Assembly (NCBI GenBank): GCA_046290465.1
Contig: JBKAGP010000001.1
Span: 224,001 to 288,000 of the forward strand
Reading direction: 5' to 3'
Source of the DNA: Planctomycetota bacterium
GTDB taxonomy: Bacteria; Planctomycetota; UBA1135; UBA2386
Length of the DNA: 64,000 nt
The notes beneath the pieces were generated by a model. It did not search any database, was not told the origin of the DNA, and saw only the letters and a program-made list of their open reading frames with translations. Shown here piece by piece: positions 30,341 through 44,230 of the stretch. The position numbers and the translations under genes are program-made. The stretch's first letter is position 1; each line of letters opens with the position of its first letter.

Positions 30341-31348
30341 ATGCACACGCCTTCGCTCGATCGTCGCGGCTTCCTCGGCGTCGCCGCCGGCCTCGCCGGT
30401 TCTTCGTTGCTCGCATCCTCGGGGCTGGTGTCTGCGGGCCTGGTGCCTTCCGGCCTGCTGCCTTCAGGTTTGGGCGGCTCGCCGCCGGTGCCGGCGAAGC
30501 CGCTGTTCGGGATCAGCCTGGCGCAGTGGTCGCTGCACCGCACGCTGCGCAAGGGCCAGCTGAGCAACCTCGACTTCCCGAAGAAGGCGAAGTCGTTCGG
30601 CATCCACGCGGTCGAGTACGTCAACCAGTTCTTCAAGGACAAGGCCAAGGACGCGAAGTACATCGCCGAGCTGAAGAAGCGCTGTGACGGCGAAGGCGTG
30701 CAGAGCCTGCTGATCATGTGCGACGGCGAGGGCGCGCTCGGCGCCAAGGACGACCGCCGCCGCAAGCAGGCGGTCGAGAACCACCACAAGTGGGTGGTCG
30801 CCGCCAAGGCGCTCGGCTGCCACTCGATCCGCGTCAACGCGCAGAGCCAGGGCAGCTACGACGAACAGTCGAAGCTCGCCGCGGACGGCCTGCGCCAGCT
30901 GTGCGAGTTCGCCGACTCGCACGGCATCTACGTCATCGTCGAGAACCACGGCGGCCTGTCGTCGGACGGCAAGTGGCTCAGCGCGGTGCTGAAGAAGGTC
31001 GACCACGCGCGCGTCGGTTCGCTGCCGGACTTCGGCAACTTCAAGATCGCCAAGGGCAAGACCTACGACCGCTACCAGGGCGTCGACGAGCTGATGCCGT
31101 TCGCGCAGGGGGTCAGCGCCAAGTCGCACGACTTCGACGACGACGGCAACGAGAAGCACACCGACTACGACCGCATGCTCGAGATCGTCGTCGGCAAGCA
31201 CGGTTGGCGCGGCCACGTCGGCATCGAGTTCGAGGGCAGCGGCAGCGAGGACGTCGGCATCCAGAAGACCAAGGCGCTGCTCGAGCGCGTGCGCGACGAC
31301 CTGTCCGCCAAGCTGCAGAAGCAGGCGGAGAAGAAGGAAGGCAAGTGA
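30341..31348 (+). CDS. Tat-exported sugar phosphate isomerase/epimerase (AP endonuclease 2 TIM barrel)
   Basis: DRRGFL Tat motif; [32 protein letters not shown]. Confidence 0.9.
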   Translation: MHTPSLDRRGFLGVAAGLAGSSLLASSGLVSAGLVPSGLLPSGLGGSPPVPAKPLFGISLAQWSLHRTLRKGQLSNLDFPKKAKSFGIHAVEYVNQFFKDKAKDAKYIAELKKRCDGEGVQSLLIMCDGEGALGAKDDRRRKQAVENHHKWVVAAKALGCHSIRVNAQSQGSYDEQSKLAADGLRQLCEFADSHGIYVIVENHGGLSSDGKWLSAVLKKVDHARVGSLPDFGNFKIAKGKTYDRYQGVDELMPFAQGVSAKSHDFDDDGNEKHTDYDRMLEIVVGKHGWRGHVGIEFEGSGSEDVGIQKTKALLERVRDDLSAKLQKQAEKKEGK

Positions 31349-32487
31349 ACGAACGCTTGCAGAACCTGCCGACCTACCCGATGGTGCAACTGTCGGCGTG
31401 GAGCCGCGAGATCGAGGAGCGCGGGCTCGAGCTGCTCGACTTCGGCACCGGCGATCCGCGCGAGCCGACGCCGGCGATCCTGCGCCAGGCGATGATCGAC
31501 GGGGTCGACGAGGTCAGCCAGTACCCGCCGAACCACGGCACGCAGGAGCTGCGCGAGGCCGTCAGCGGCTACCTGCAGCGGCGCTTCGGGCTCACCTTCG
31601 ACGCCGACACCGAGGTGATCGGCACGTTCGGCAGCAAGGAGGCGCTGTTCCACCTGCCGATGACGTTCGTGCACGAGGGCGCCGAGCGCAACGTCGTCGT
31701 CTACGGCGAGCCGGCGTACCCCGTCTACCGGATCGGCGCGCTGTTCGCCAACGCCGAGCCGCACGCGGTGCTGCTGGGGCCCGACAACGGCTACCAGATG
31801 GATCCGGACGCGCTGCCCGACGGCCTGCTGGCGCGCACCGCGATGGTGTTCTTGAACTACCCGCACAACCCCAGCGGCTACAAGCTGCGCGACGAACTGT
31901 ACCGACGCTGGGTCGAGGTGCAGCGGCAGCACGGCTTCGTGCTGGTCAGCGACGAGTGCTACGCCGATCTCAACTACGAAGGCGAGCAGCCGAAGACGCT
32001 GCTCGAGTTCGGCCGCGAGGGCTGCCTCTCGGTGCATTCGCTGAGCAAGCGTTCGGGCATGACCGGCTACCGCTCGGGCTTCGTCGCCGGCGACCCGGAG
32101 CTGATCGCCGTCTACAAGCGCTTCCGCGCCAGCATGGGTACCGCGCCGCAGAGCTTCGTGCAGGCCGCCGCCAGGCTCGCCTGGACCGAGCCGCAGCACG
32201 TGCAGGACCGCCTGCGCGTGTTCGCCGCCAAGCGCGACGTGCTGCTCGCGATGGCGCACGAGTGTGGCCTGAAGGTGCACGGCAGCGAGGCGGGGCTGTA
32301 TCTCTGGCTCGAGATCCCGGCGGCGTTCTCGGACGACGTCGCCTACGCCGAACGGTGCCGCGAGCAGGGCATCCTGGTCGCGCCGGGTTCGTTCTTCGGC
32401 GCGGGCCAGCAGCGCTTCGTGCGGCTGGCGCTGGTGCCGACGCTGGAACAGTGCCGGGAGGCGGCCGCGAAGTGGCCGCGGATGTGA
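31345..32487 (+). CDS. Class I/II PLP aminotransferase (DapC-like)
   Basis: [42 protein letters not shown]. Confidence 0.88.
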   Translation: MNERLQNLPTYPMVQLSAWSREIEERGLELLDFGTGDPREPTPAILRQAMIDGVDEVSQYPPNHGTQELREAVSGYLQRRFGLTFDADTEVIGTFGSKEALFHLPMTFVHEGAERNVVVYGEPAYPVYRIGALFANAEPHAVLLGPDNGYQMDPDALPDGLLARTAMVFLNYPHNPSGYKLRDELYRRWVEVQRQHGFVLVSDECYADLNYEGEQPKTLLEFGREGCLSVHSLSKRSGMTGYRSGFVAGDPELIAVYKRFRASMGTAPQSFVQAAARLAWTEPQHVQDRLRVFAAKRDVLLAMAHECGLKVHGSEAGLYLWLEIPAAFSDDVAYAERCREQGILVAPGSFFGAGQQRFVRLALVPTLEQCREAAAKWPRM

Positions 32488-33557
32488 TGCGGCTACTGGC
32501 GACGATCCTGATGACGGCTGCCGCGCTGTTGGCGCAGCGCAAGCCGAACGTCGTCGTGATCCTGGCCGACGACCTCGGCTACGAGTGCCTGACCTGCAAC
32601 GGCGGGCGCAGCTACCAGACGCCGAACCTCGATCGCCTGGCGGCCACCGGCGCGCGGTTCACCAACGCGCACGTGCAGCCCCTGTGCACGCCGACCCGCG
32701 TGCAGGTCATGACGGGGCAATACAACGTGCGCAACTACATCGGCTTCGGCCAGCTCAAGCGCGACGAGGTGACGTTCGGCAACCTGTTCCGCGACGCGGG
32801 CTATCGGACCGGCATCGCCGGCAAGTGGCAGCTCGGTCGGGTGGCCGGGCTGCCGCGGCAGTTCGGCTTCGACGAGCACGTGCTGTGGCAGCACACGCGC
32901 TTCGCGCCGCGCTACCCCAACCCGGGCCTCGAGCACCAGAACGAGCAGGTCGACTACCACAACGGCGAGTACGGGCCCGACCTCGTCAGCGACTTCGCGG
33001 TCGACTTCGTGAAGCGGCACCGCACCGAGCCGTTCTTGCTGTACTACCCGATGATCCTGCCGCACTTCCCGCACCAGGCGACGCCGGACAGCGAGGGGTG
33101 GGACCCGAAGATCAAGGGCGAGAACAAGAACAAGGACGACCGCTACTTCGCCGACATGGTCCGCTACATGGACAAGCTGGTCGGCCGGCTCGTCGACACG
33201 CTCGACGAGCTGCAGCTGCGCGACGACACGCTGGTGCTGTTCGTCGGCGACAACGGCACCTACCGCAGCCTGCGGTCCAGGTTCGGCGACCGCACGATCC
33301 GCGGCATGAAGGGTCGCACGACCGTCTACGGCACGCACGTGCCGATGATCGCCAACTGGCCGGGGCGCATCGAGCCGATGGTCGTCGAGGACCTCGCCGA
33401 CAGCACCGACGTGCTGCAGACGATCTGTGACGTCGCCGACGTCGACGTGCCGAAGCAGCTGCCGCTGGATGGCCACAGCCTGTGGCCGCGGCTGCAGGGC
33501 AAGGGGGCTTCGCCGCGCGAATGGATCTACTGCTGGTACAGCCCGCGCGGCGAGCCG

Positions 33558-35033
<1,476 letters not shown>

Positions 35034-35109
35034 CGATCTCGGTCGGCACGACCGAGCGCCGACATGCCGCGTACTCTAGCAACTCGAGGACCGCCCCGCG
35101 CCGGCCGCT

Positions 35110-36867
35110 TCAGCGCCCTTGCGCAAGGAGCAGCGCGTCCAGCACCTGGGCGCGGTTGGACGAAGGCAGCCGCGCCGCGACCTTGCGGATCTTCTCGTCC
35201 GCGGCGCGCCCGACGAGCGCGAGCAGCAGCCTGGTCTTGTCGGTCGACGACGTGATCCTCGCAGCCTCGGCGACCAGCCGGTCGGCGTCGGCCACGCCGA
35301 GGTCCGGGCTCGCGACCAGCGCGTCGAGCACCTCGCGGCGGCTGCCGCTGCTGTCGATGCTGCGGCAGGCCTGCAGCAGCGACGACACCGACGCCTTGCC
35401 GACCAGTTCGCGCAGGACCTTGCTCTCGTAGCTCGAACTGCGGATCCGTTCGGCTGCGCTGGCGACCTGGTCGGCGTCGCGCTGCGAGAGCTGCGGCCGA
35501 CGGGCCAGCGCGTGCAGGACCTGGTAGCGGCCGCTGGACGCGTCGATGCGCACCGCGGCGGCGGCGATCGCGCCGTGGCTCGCGTGCGGCAGCAGCGCCA
35601 GCAGCACCTTGGCTTCGGAGGACGAGCTGCCGATGTCGTCGACGGCGGCCGCGATGCGGTCGGCGTCGGCCTGCGACAGCGCGCCGTGCGTGGCGAGCGC
35701 CTGCAGGACCTCGGCTCGCCGGCTCGACGAGTCGATCTTCACGGCTGCCTCGACGATCGAGTGGTTGCTGGCGTGCGCAACCAGCGCGCGCAGCACCTCG
35801 GCTTCCTGGCTCGAGCTGCCGATGCTGTCGGCAGCCTTCGCGATCCGGTCGGCGTCGGCGGTGCTCAGGCCCGGGTGCGAGCCCAGCGCCAGCAGCACCT
35901 GGTAGCGGCTCTTGGACGAGTCGATCCTGCGGGCCGCGGCGACGATGGTGTCCTGCGAAGCTGACGGGATCAGCGCGGTCAGCACCGCGGCCTCGTAGCG
36001 CGAGCTGCCGATGCGGTCGACGGCGGCCGCGATCCGGTCGGCATCGCGGGCGCCGAGGTCCTGCGCGGCGAGTTGTTCGAACACGCGAAAGCGCGACTTG
36101 CTCGAATCGATCCGGACCGCGGCGTCGACGATCGCGCCGGCCGTCGCCTTCGGGATCAAGGTCGACAGCACCTCCGCTTCGCGCCGCGAGTTCTGCAGCT
36201 GGTCGACGACGCCGGCAAGGGCGTCGGCGCGGGCCGTGTCGAGCTTCGGGTGGCTGGCCAGGACCGTCATGCACGTGTGCATCGAGGTCGAACGGGAGCC
36301 GCCGGCCGCCGAGCGGCCGTTGATCGGGCCTTCCGGGCAGTCGGCGGTGAGCGGGCCACCGGCCTCGAGGGCCTGGACCAGCAGGTCGAGGTCGGCGCCG
36401 GACGTCGCCCGGCCGGCGGCTTCGGCGAACAGCGCCGAACGGGACTCGTGGCGAACGAGGCGCGGCAGCTCGCGCAGGGTGCCTTCGAGGTCCTGCTCGA
36501 GCTGCTCGCGCAGCGCGGCGCTCGTCGCCAGGTCCGGGTGCGGCACGATCGTGCCGTCGGCGAGGCGCAGCTCGATGTTCGGGCGCAGGTAGCGGAACAG
36601 CCAGCCCAGCGACGCCGGGTCCTCGTCGTACCATGGTTCGAGGCGCTCGACCCGGAAGACCTCGATCTCGCCGCTGCTCTCGCGCCGCAGCTCGGCGTGG
36701 CGCTCGACGCCGTCGTCGTGCAGGTCGAGCTGGATGTGGTCGCCGCGGTCCTGGTAGCGGTGCGAATACGAACTGCTCGAGTGGAAGCGGGCGTGGCACG
36801 AGGCCAGGGCCAGCGACAGCAGCAGGGTCGGGACGAAGGTCGTGGGCCGGCGGTTCGCGTGGGGCAT
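35110..36867 (-). CDS. Lipoprotein with alternating helical repeats
   Basis: Lipobox LALASC; about 11 units starting IDSS/IGSS. Confidence 0.78.
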   Translation of the reverse strand: MPHANRRPTTFVPTLLLSLALASCHARFHSSSSYSHRYQDRGDHIQLDLHDDGVERHAELRRESSGEIEVFRVERLEPWYDEDPASLGWLFRYLRPNIELRLADGTIVPHPDLATSAALREQLEQDLEGTLRELPRLVRHESRSALFAEAAGRATSGADLDLLVQALEAGGPLTADCPEGPINGRSAAGGSRSTSMHTCMTVLASHPKLDTARADALAGVVDQLQNSRREAEVLSTLIPKATAGAIVDAAVRIDSSKSRFRVFEQLAAQDLGARDADRIAAAVDRIGSSRYEAAVLTALIPSASQDTIVAAARRIDSSKSRYQVLLALGSHPGLSTADADRIAKAADSIGSSSQEAEVLRALVAHASNHSIVEAAVKIDSSSRRAEVLQALATHGALSQADADRIAAAVDDIGSSSSEAKVLLALLPHASHGAIAAAAVRIDASSGRYQVLHALARRPQLSQRDADQVASAAERIRSSSYESKVLRELVGKASVSSLLQACRSIDSSGSRREVLDALVASPDLGVADADRLVAEAARITSSTDKTRLLLALVGRAADEKIRKVAARLPSSNRAQVLDALLLAQGR

Positions 36868-36985
36868 GGCGGGCGGCGGGGCGCGAGTTTCGGTGGGGGA
36901 GCGGGCGGCTGGCACGCCCTGCAGCAGGAGCGGTCGCAGGAGGACCCCGCGGGAGCGTCGATCCCGGGTCCGGGGCGGCGCGCCG

Positions 36986-37309
36986 CTAGCGTCCCTGCAC
37001 GTAGGGCAGGCCTTGGCTCGCCCAATATGCCATGCCGCCGCGGATATTCGTGATCTCGCCGAAGCCCGCCTGGGTCAAGACCTCGCAGGCCGCGACGCTG
37101 CGCACGCCGTGCTCGCAGTAGACGAACCAGCGCTGGTCGCGGTCGAGTTCGTCGAGCCGCTGGGCCAGCACCTGGACCGGGATCAGGGTCGCGCCGTCCA
37201 GTCGGTGGCTGTCGTGCTCGGGCTGCGTGCGCACGTCGAGCAACCGGATGGTCGGGTCCTGCTGCAGTTCCTGCTGCGCGTCTTCGGGTTCGAGGTTGCG
37301 GTAGGTCAT
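36986..37309 (-). CDS. Single-domain rhodanese
   Basis: LLDVRTQPEH, YCEHGVRS, NIRGG. Confidence 0.9.
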   Translation of the reverse strand: MTYRNLEPEDAQQELQQDPTIRLLDVRTQPEHDSHRLDGATLIPVQVLAQRLDELDRDQRWFVYCEHGVRSVAACEVLTQAGFGEITNIRGGMAYWASQGLPYVQGR

Positions 37310-37324
37310 GCCGTCGGGATCAGT

Positions 37325-37396
37325 GTGTCGGAATCCACGTGTCGGAATCAACGTGCCGGGAATCAACGTGCCGGGATTCAACGTGCCGGAATCAAT
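37325..37396. repeat. 14-15-nt tandem array x5 spanning the ubiD stop codon
   Basis: GTGTCGGAATCCAC GTGTCGGAATCAAC GTGCCGGGAATCAAC GTGCCGGGATTCAAC GTGCCGGAATCAAT. Confidence 0.9.
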
Positions 37397-39197
37397 CGAG
37401 GTGGCCGCGGTCGCTGTCGCCCATCTCGACGCGACCGGCGGGGAAGTACTCGCGCCAGCGGCTGGTGACCAGCGCCGCGGTGTCGGGGTCGCAGAACAGT
37501 TCCTTCGGGTAGTTCGGCTTCATCCGGGCATCGACGACCACCGGCGGCGTGTAGCTCGGCTGGCTGCGCACCAGCTGCAGGTCGCGGGCGTGCAGGTCGG
37601 CCGCCGGCTCGAAGCGGGTGAACGTGGTCCACAGGAAGTTGACGCTCGAGCGCGCCGCCTGGTCGGCGTCGTCGACCAGCACCACGAACGGCCAGGGCTC
37701 GATGCCGTCGTGCCGGGCGAGCGCGGCCGCGGCGTTCGGGTCGTGCTCGAAGCGCGGCCCCTGCACGACCAGGCAGCCACCGCAGAACACGTTGGCCTTG
37801 GCGAAGCCCGGCGGCAGGCTGCCGGAGAACTCCCGCGGCAGGTCGCGCACCGGCTCACCCAGGCCCAGCATCACGCCCTTGCTGCCCTTGTTGACCTCGG
37901 GGCCGGCGTAGTCGAGCGTGTCCATCGACAGGCTGCCGAACACGTAGAGGTCGGTGCCGAAGCGGCAGCGCGCGAGGATGTGTTCGAACACCTGGCGGAA
38001 GTCGGTCAGGTCCTGCGGCGTGTCGGTCAGCAGCAGGAACTTGGTCAGGCTCAGCTGGCCCTCGCCGAGGATCCGGAACGCGCTCTGCATCGCCTCGCGG
38101 CCGTAGCGTTCGCGCACGACCGCGGCGGCCAGCGAGTGGTAGCCGGTCTCGCCGTACGACCACAGGTCGCGCACCTGCGGCATCGCGACCTTCGCCAGCG
38201 GCTTGAGCAGTTCCTGCAGGTAGTCGCCGAGGAAGAAGTCCTCCTGGCGCGGCTTGCCGACGACGGTCGCGGCCAGGATCGGGTCCCGCTGGTGCAGCAG
38301 CGCCTTGGCGCGCAGCAGCGGGTAGTCGTGCTCGAGCGAGTAGTAGCCGTAGTGGTCGCCGAACGGGCCCTCGGGATGGCGCTCGCCCGGCCGGACCTCG
38401 CCGACGATGACGAACTCGCTGTCGGCGACCAGCGGCAGCGGCGAGTGCTCGGAGCTGCCGGTGCGCAGCCGCTGGTTCATCAGCAAGGAACACAGCAGCA
38501 CCTCGGGCACGTTCTCGGGCAGCGGCGCGATCGCGCTCAGGATCAGCGCCGGCGGGCCGCCGATGTGCACCGCGACCGGCATCGGCTGGTCGCGTTCTTC
38601 GTAGGCCGCGAGGTGGTAGCCGCCGCCCTTGCCGATCTGCATGTGCAGGCCGGTGGTGTCGTCGGAGAACCGCTGGATGCGGTACATGCCGAGGTTGCTG
38701 CCGAGGCCGTCGGGGTGCTCCGTGTAGACCAGCGGCAGGGTCACGAACGGCCCGCCGTCCTCCTCCCAGGTGCGCAGCAGCGGCAACCGGTCGAGCCGCG
38801 GCGGGCTGTCCTGCACCGCGAGGCCGGGCGCGTTGCGCACCCGTTTGCGGCCGACCTTGAGCAGCGGGCCGAGCAGGTCCCGATGCTGCCACAGCTTGCC
38901 GAGGCTCGGCGGCAGCAGCGTGTGCGGCACGTCCGCGAGTCGCTGGACCAGTTCGAGCGGCCGGCTGCCGAACGCCAGTTCGACGCGCTTTTTGGTGCCG
39001 AACAGGTTGGTGACGGCGGGCCACGGCGAGCCCTTGACGTTCTGGAACAGCAGCGCGGGGCCGCCGGCGGCGATCACGCGGCGGTGCACCTCGGCGGCTT
39101 CGAGGTCGGGATCGACGGGGGCGTCGATCTCGACGAGTTCGCCCTCCTTGCGGAGCACGTCGAGGAACGCGCGCAGGTCGACGAGCGGTCGGGACAT
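37392..39197 (-). CDS. UbiD-family prFMN-dependent decarboxylase (long form)
   Basis: NLGMYRIQ, EGPFGDHYGYY, GKPRQED, DTLDYAG. Confidence 0.92.
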   Translation of the reverse strand: MSRPLVDLRAFLDVLRKEGELVEIDAPVDPDLEAAEVHRRVIAAGGPALLFQNVKGSPWPAVTNLFGTKKRVELAFGSRPLELVQRLADVPHTLLPPSLGKLWQHRDLLGPLLKVGRKRVRNAPGLAVQDSPPRLDRLPLLRTWEEDGGPFVTLPLVYTEHPDGLGSNLGMYRIQRFSDDTTGLHMQIGKGGGYHLAAYEERDQPMPVAVHIGGPPALILSAIAPLPENVPEVLLCSLLMNQRLRTGSSEHSPLPLVADSEFVIVGEVRPGERHPEGPFGDHYGYYSLEHDYPLLRAKALLHQRDPILAATVVGKPRQEDFFLGDYLQELLKPLAKVAMPQVRDLWSYGETGYHSLAAAVVRERYGREAMQSAFRILGEGQLSLTKFLLLTDTPQDLTDFRQVFEHILARCRFGTDLYVFGSLSMDTLDYAGPEVNKGSKGVMLGLGEPVRDLPREFSGSLPPGFAKANVFCGGCLVVQGPRFEHDPNAAAALARHDGIEPWPFVVLVDDADQAARSSVNFLWTTFTRFEPAADLHARDLQLVRSQPSYTPPVVVDARMKPNYPKELFCDPDTAALVTSRWREYFPAGRVEMGDSDRGHLD

Positions 39198-40543
39198 CAG
39201 TTGCTTTCGGCGGGGAAGAGGAAGCGGCGCACGATCGCGGCGACCCGGCCGGTCGCGCCCGGCTCACCGAGCCGTCGACGGACTTCGTCGAGGCCCTGAC
39301 GGCAGATGCGCCGCGCGTCGTCGTCGAACCAGAGCGCCTCGGCGTCGCGCTGCACGTCCTGCCAGCCCGCTTCGCGGTGGAAGCAGTGCTCGGGCGCGAC
39401 CTCGCGACCGGCGATCAGGTTGGCGCCGGCGATGAACGGCACGCTGAGGATGTTGTGGTAGCCCATCGACGAGATCATGCCGCGCAGCTTGTAGACGACG
39501 ATGGTCGGGTTGCCGTGCAGGCAGGCCTCCAGCGAACCGGTGCCGGACTTGGCCAGCACCAGATGGGCGCCGGCGAGCCAGGGCGCGAGCGCGCCTTCGT
39601 GATGCTCGACGTCGCTGGCGCCGACCTGCTCGAGGATCGAGCGGATCAGTTGCGTGCGCCGCGGGTTCTTGTGCGGCAGCACGACGCGCAGGTCCGGTTC
39701 GCGTTGCCGAAGCGCGTCGGCGATGCGCAGCATGCCGGCGAGGTTGGCTTCGATCTCGGCGCGCCGGCTGCCCGGCAGCAGCACCAGCGTGCGCCGCGCG
39801 CGCACCTCGGCGACGGCGTCGGCGGCCGGCGGGTGTTCGGCGAGTTCGTCGAGCAGCGGGTGGCCGATGTAGGCCGCCGGCACGCGGTTGCGCCGGAAGA
39901 ACTCGGTCTCGAACGGCAGGATCGTCAGGGTCGCGTCGACCGCACGCCGGTAGCGTCGCATCCGCCACGGACCCCACGCCCAGTACTGCGGCGCGATGTA
40001 GTGCAGCACCGGCACGCCGCGGCGCTTGCAGGCCTTGGCCATCACCAGGTGCAGGCCCGGGTAGTCGACCAGCACGACCAGGTCCGGCGGGTCGTCGCGC
40101 AGCAGCCGCAGGAAGTCGGCGAACGCGCGCAGGATCAGCGGCAACTGCTTGAGCACCCCGACGACGCCCATGACCGCGTGCTCGCTGAGCCCGAAGCGCA
40201 CCTCGGCGCCGGCCTCGGCCAGCTGGCCGCCGCCGAATGCCGACGTGCGCACGCCGTCGCCGAGCGCGCGCACCAGCCTGGTGGCGTGCAGTTCGCCGCT
40301 GGCCTCGCCGGCCGAGACGAACAGATGGGGGCGGTCGCCGCGCTGCGGCTTGCGCTTGCCGAAGAACCGTTCGAGCTGCTCGAGGTCGTCACCCGGCGGG
40401 CGCTGGCTGGCGGCATCGAGCGCGGCGCGCGCCTGCTGCCGCCAGTGGTGGCGGCGCGGCAGGTACAGCAAGAGCCGCACCGGCACCGTCAACGTGCGCA
40501 CCAGCTCCTTGACCAGCGTGATCGCGACCAGCAGCCAGGTCAC
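39197..40543 (-). CDS. lpxB: Lipid-A-disaccharide synthase with N-terminal extension
   Basis: SAGEASGE, VDYPGLH, APQYWAW, ILPFE, GHPL, LLPGSR, SGT. Confidence 0.92.
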   Translation of the reverse strand: MTWLLVAITLVKELVRTLTVPVRLLLYLPRRHHWRQQARAALDAASQRPPGDDLEQLERFFGKRKPQRGDRPHLFVSAGEASGELHATRLVRALGDGVRTSAFGGGQLAEAGAEVRFGLSEHAVMGVVGVLKQLPLILRAFADFLRLLRDDPPDLVVLVDYPGLHLVMAKACKRRGVPVLHYIAPQYWAWGPWRMRRYRRAVDATLTILPFETEFFRRNRVPAAYIGHPLLDELAEHPPAADAVAEVRARRTLVLLPGSRRAEIEANLAGMLRIADALRQREPDLRVVLPHKNPRRTQLIRSILEQVGASDVEHHEGALAPWLAGAHLVLAKSGTGSLEACLHGNPTIVVYKLRGMISSMGYHNILSVPFIAGANLIAGREVAPEHCFHREAGWQDVQRDAEALWFDDDARRICRQGLDEVRRRLGEPGATGRVAAIVRRFLFPAESN

Positions 40544-41348
40544 GGCTCGGTTCGCCTCAGCGCGCGGTAGCTCAGCGCGTAGAACGCGACGCACGCGACC
40601 AGCAGCCAGGTCGTGTTGCCGTGGCCGCGGATCGGGTCGAACATCTGCCACGCCGGCGTGTTGCCGCACAGGATCGGTCCGTACCAGTCGAAGTCGACCA
40701 GCCGGAACAGGCTGTAGGGGCGGATGCGCTGGGTCATGTAGATGCCCAGCTGCAGCACCAGGAACGCGCCGACGACGGCGGCGACGTGCGCCTGCACGCG
40801 CAGCCGGATCGACATCCAGATGGTCATCAGCAGCACCGTCGCGGCGAAGATCGCGGCGTGCAGCGAGCCGAGGAACAGCTCGTAGGCGGGCAGGTCGTAC
40901 TCGATGACCCACGACCACGGGATCGCGCTCGCGTTGACGACGAAGATCGGCACGGTGACGACCAGGAGGCTCGGCCAGGTCTTCTGCCACAGGATCGAGC
41001 CGCGCGAGACCGGTCGCGCCAGCAGGAACTCGAGCGTGTGGTTCTCGCGTTCGCGGGCGAACAGGCCGACGCCGATCAGCACGGCGGCGGCGGTGGCGAC
41101 CAGGTTGCAGCTGCGGAACAGCAGCATCGTCGCGCACCAGTTGATGTAGGCGATGCTCTCGTCGCGGTTGCTGACGGCCTCGCCGATGCGCTTCATGAAC
41201 TCGATGCCGATCGTCTTGAACAGCGTCGAACGCTGCAGGTCGGCGTAGATCTCCGGCCACAGCAGCAGCACCGGGATCGCCAGCGCCTCGAGGATCACCA
41301 CGTAGGTGAGCCCGATCAGCCACAGCTCGCGCATCGTCTTGCGCCAGA

Positions 41349-41352
<4 letters not shown>
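40540..41352 (-). CDS. ABC-2 type permease
   Basis: ARERENHTLEFLLARPVSR; six hydrophobic segments. Confidence 0.85.
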
Positions 41353-42271
<919 letters not shown>

Positions 42272-42275
<4 letters not shown>

Positions 42276-42832
42276 GCCGCCGCCTCGCGCAGGAAGTTGC
42301 CGAGCAGCCGTTCGCCGTGCTCGGTGCGGAACGACTCGGGGTGGAACTGCACGCCGTGGGTCGGGTGGGTTCGGTGCTGCACGGCCATCACTTCGCCGGC
42401 ATCGCTGTGCGCGGTTGCACGCAGTGCGTCGGGCAGCGTGCGCGGCACGTAGAGCGAGTGGTAGCGGCAGGCCAGCAGCGGCTGCGGCAGATCCGCGAAC
42501 ACGCCGGTGCCGTCGTGGTGGATCGGCGTCGGCCGGCCGTGCACCGGCTCGCCGCGCACGATCTCGGCGCCGAACGCCTGCGCGATCGTCTGGTGGCCGA
42601 GGCAGACGCCGAGCAGCGGTCGTTCGCCGGACCAGCGGCGCACGACGTCGAGGCAGCGGCCGGCGTCGTCCGGGCGGCCAGGTCCGGGGGACAGCACCAC
42701 CGCGCGGTAGCTGCCGATCGCGTCGACGGCCACCGCGTCGCTGCGCACGACGTCGACCTCGGCACCGAGCTTCTGCAGCGCCTGGGCGAGGTTCCAGACG
42801 AACGAGTCCTTGTTGTCGAGCAGCAGGATCAA
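42272..42832 (-). CDS. Anthranilate/aminodeoxychorismate synthase component II (TrpG/PabA)
   Basis: LLDNKDSF, SPGPG, GVCLGHQ, RYHSL, QFHPES. Confidence 0.93.
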
Positions 42833-42879
42833 GCAGCAGGATCAAATCGGGGGCCGTGACAGTATCGTTCTGTCGACCG

Positions 42880-44229
42880 ATGAACATCCTGATCGTCGGC
42901 CTCGGCGAAGTCGGCAGCTACCTGGCGAAGGTGCTGTCGACGGAGGGGCATTCCATCACCGTGATCGACCCCGATCGCGACCGTATCCGCCGGGTCGCCG
43001 ACCTGCTCGACGTGCAGGCCGTGCACGGCGACGGCTCGCGTCCGGACGTGCTCGACCGCGCCGAGGCGCACTCGTGCGACCTGCTGCTGGCCGTCGCCAA
43101 CGACGACAAGGTCAACATGCTGACGACGCTGTTCGGCAAGCGCATGGGGGCCAAGAAGACCGTGCTGCGCCTGCACGACACGTCGGCGGTGCGGCGTTCG
43201 CGCACGTTCTTCCGGAAGAACCTGCAATACGACCTGCTGCTGTCGCTGGACGACCTCGCGGCCGAGGAGATCGTCAAGCTGGTGCGGCAGTCGGCGGCGC
43301 TCGGCGTCGAGAACTTCGCCGAGGGCAAGGTGCAGATGCGCCGCTTCAAGCTCGAGGAGAAGGGGCCGTTCACCGGCCAGCTGGTCAAGGACATCAAAAT
43401 CCCGAACGGCATGCTGATCACCGCGATCGATCGCGACCACGAGGTGATCGTGCCGGGCGGCGACGACGACCTGCGCGCCGAGGACGAGCTGTTCGTGCTC
43501 GGCGAGCCGAAGGCGATCGCGACCTTCGAGAAGAAGCTAGGTGGCAAGAAGCAGCGCGCGCGCAACGTGGTCGTGTTCGGCGCCGCCGGCATCGCGCAGC
43601 AGGTCTGCCAGGCGCTGCAGCGGGAGCACGTCAACGTGCGCTGCATCGTCGAGAGCCGCTCCGAGGCCGAACGCCTGTCCGAGGTGCTCAAGAACGTCGT
43701 CGTGCTGCACGCCGATGCGACCGACCTGAACTTCCTGCAGGAGGAGCACGTCGGCGACGCCGACGCGTTCCTCGGCGTGTCGCTCGAGGACGAACGCAAC
43801 CTGATGTCGTGCCAGCTCAGTCGCAACCTCGGCGTCGAACGCACGGTCGCGCTGGTGCAGAAGCCCGACTACGTGTCGCTCTACCAGCAGCTCGGCATCG
43901 ATACGGCGGTGTCGCCGCGGTTGCTGTGCGCCAACCGCATCCTGGCGTTCGTGCGCAGCCGCAGCATCTCGACGATCGCGACCATCGAGGAGGGCAAGGC
44001 CGAGGTGCTCGAACTCGAGATCGGCGCCGGCAGTTCGCTGGTCGGCAAGGCGCTCAAGGACGCCGGCTTCCCGCGCGGCTGCGTGGTCGCCGCGATCACC
44101 CGCGAGGACGGCCACGTCGTCATCCCGCGCGGCGACGACGAGATCCGCGCGCACGACCAGATGGTCCTGTTCGTGCTGCACGACGTCGTCGAGAGCGTGC
44201 TCAGCCTGGCCGGGGTCGAGCGCGAGTAG
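42880..44229 (+). CDS. trkA: Trk potassium uptake regulatory subunit (two RCK domains)
   Basis: MNILIVGLGEVG, GDGS, tandem RCK_N/RCK_C, AVSPR, VIPRGD. Confidence 0.9.
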   Translation: MNILIVGLGEVGSYLAKVLSTEGHSITVIDPDRDRIRRVADLLDVQAVHGDGSRPDVLDRAEAHSCDLLLAVANDDKVNMLTTLFGKRMGAKKTVLRLHDTSAVRRSRTFFRKNLQYDLLLSLDDLAAEEIVKLVRQSAALGVENFAEGKVQMRRFKLEEKGPFTGQLVKDIKIPNGMLITAIDRDHEVIVPGGDDDLRAEDELFVLGEPKAIATFEKKLGGKKQRARNVVVFGAAGIAQQVCQALQREHVNVRCIVESRSEAERLSEVLKNVVVLHADATDLNFLQEEHVGDADAFLGVSLEDERNLMSCQLSRNLGVERTVALVQKPDYVSLYQQLGIDTAVSPRLLCANRILAFVRSRSISTIATIEEGKAEVLELEIGAGSSLVGKALKDAGFPRGCVVAAITREDGHVVIPRGDDEIRAHDQMVLFVLHDVVESVLSLAGVERE

Positions 44230-44230
44230 C

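Noticed and set aside
37325..37396. Short repeat arrays (also 12258, 29084, 57491) as CRISPR arrays
   Set aside because: Units are 13-15 nt and directly adjacent with no unique spacers; no cas genes in the window.
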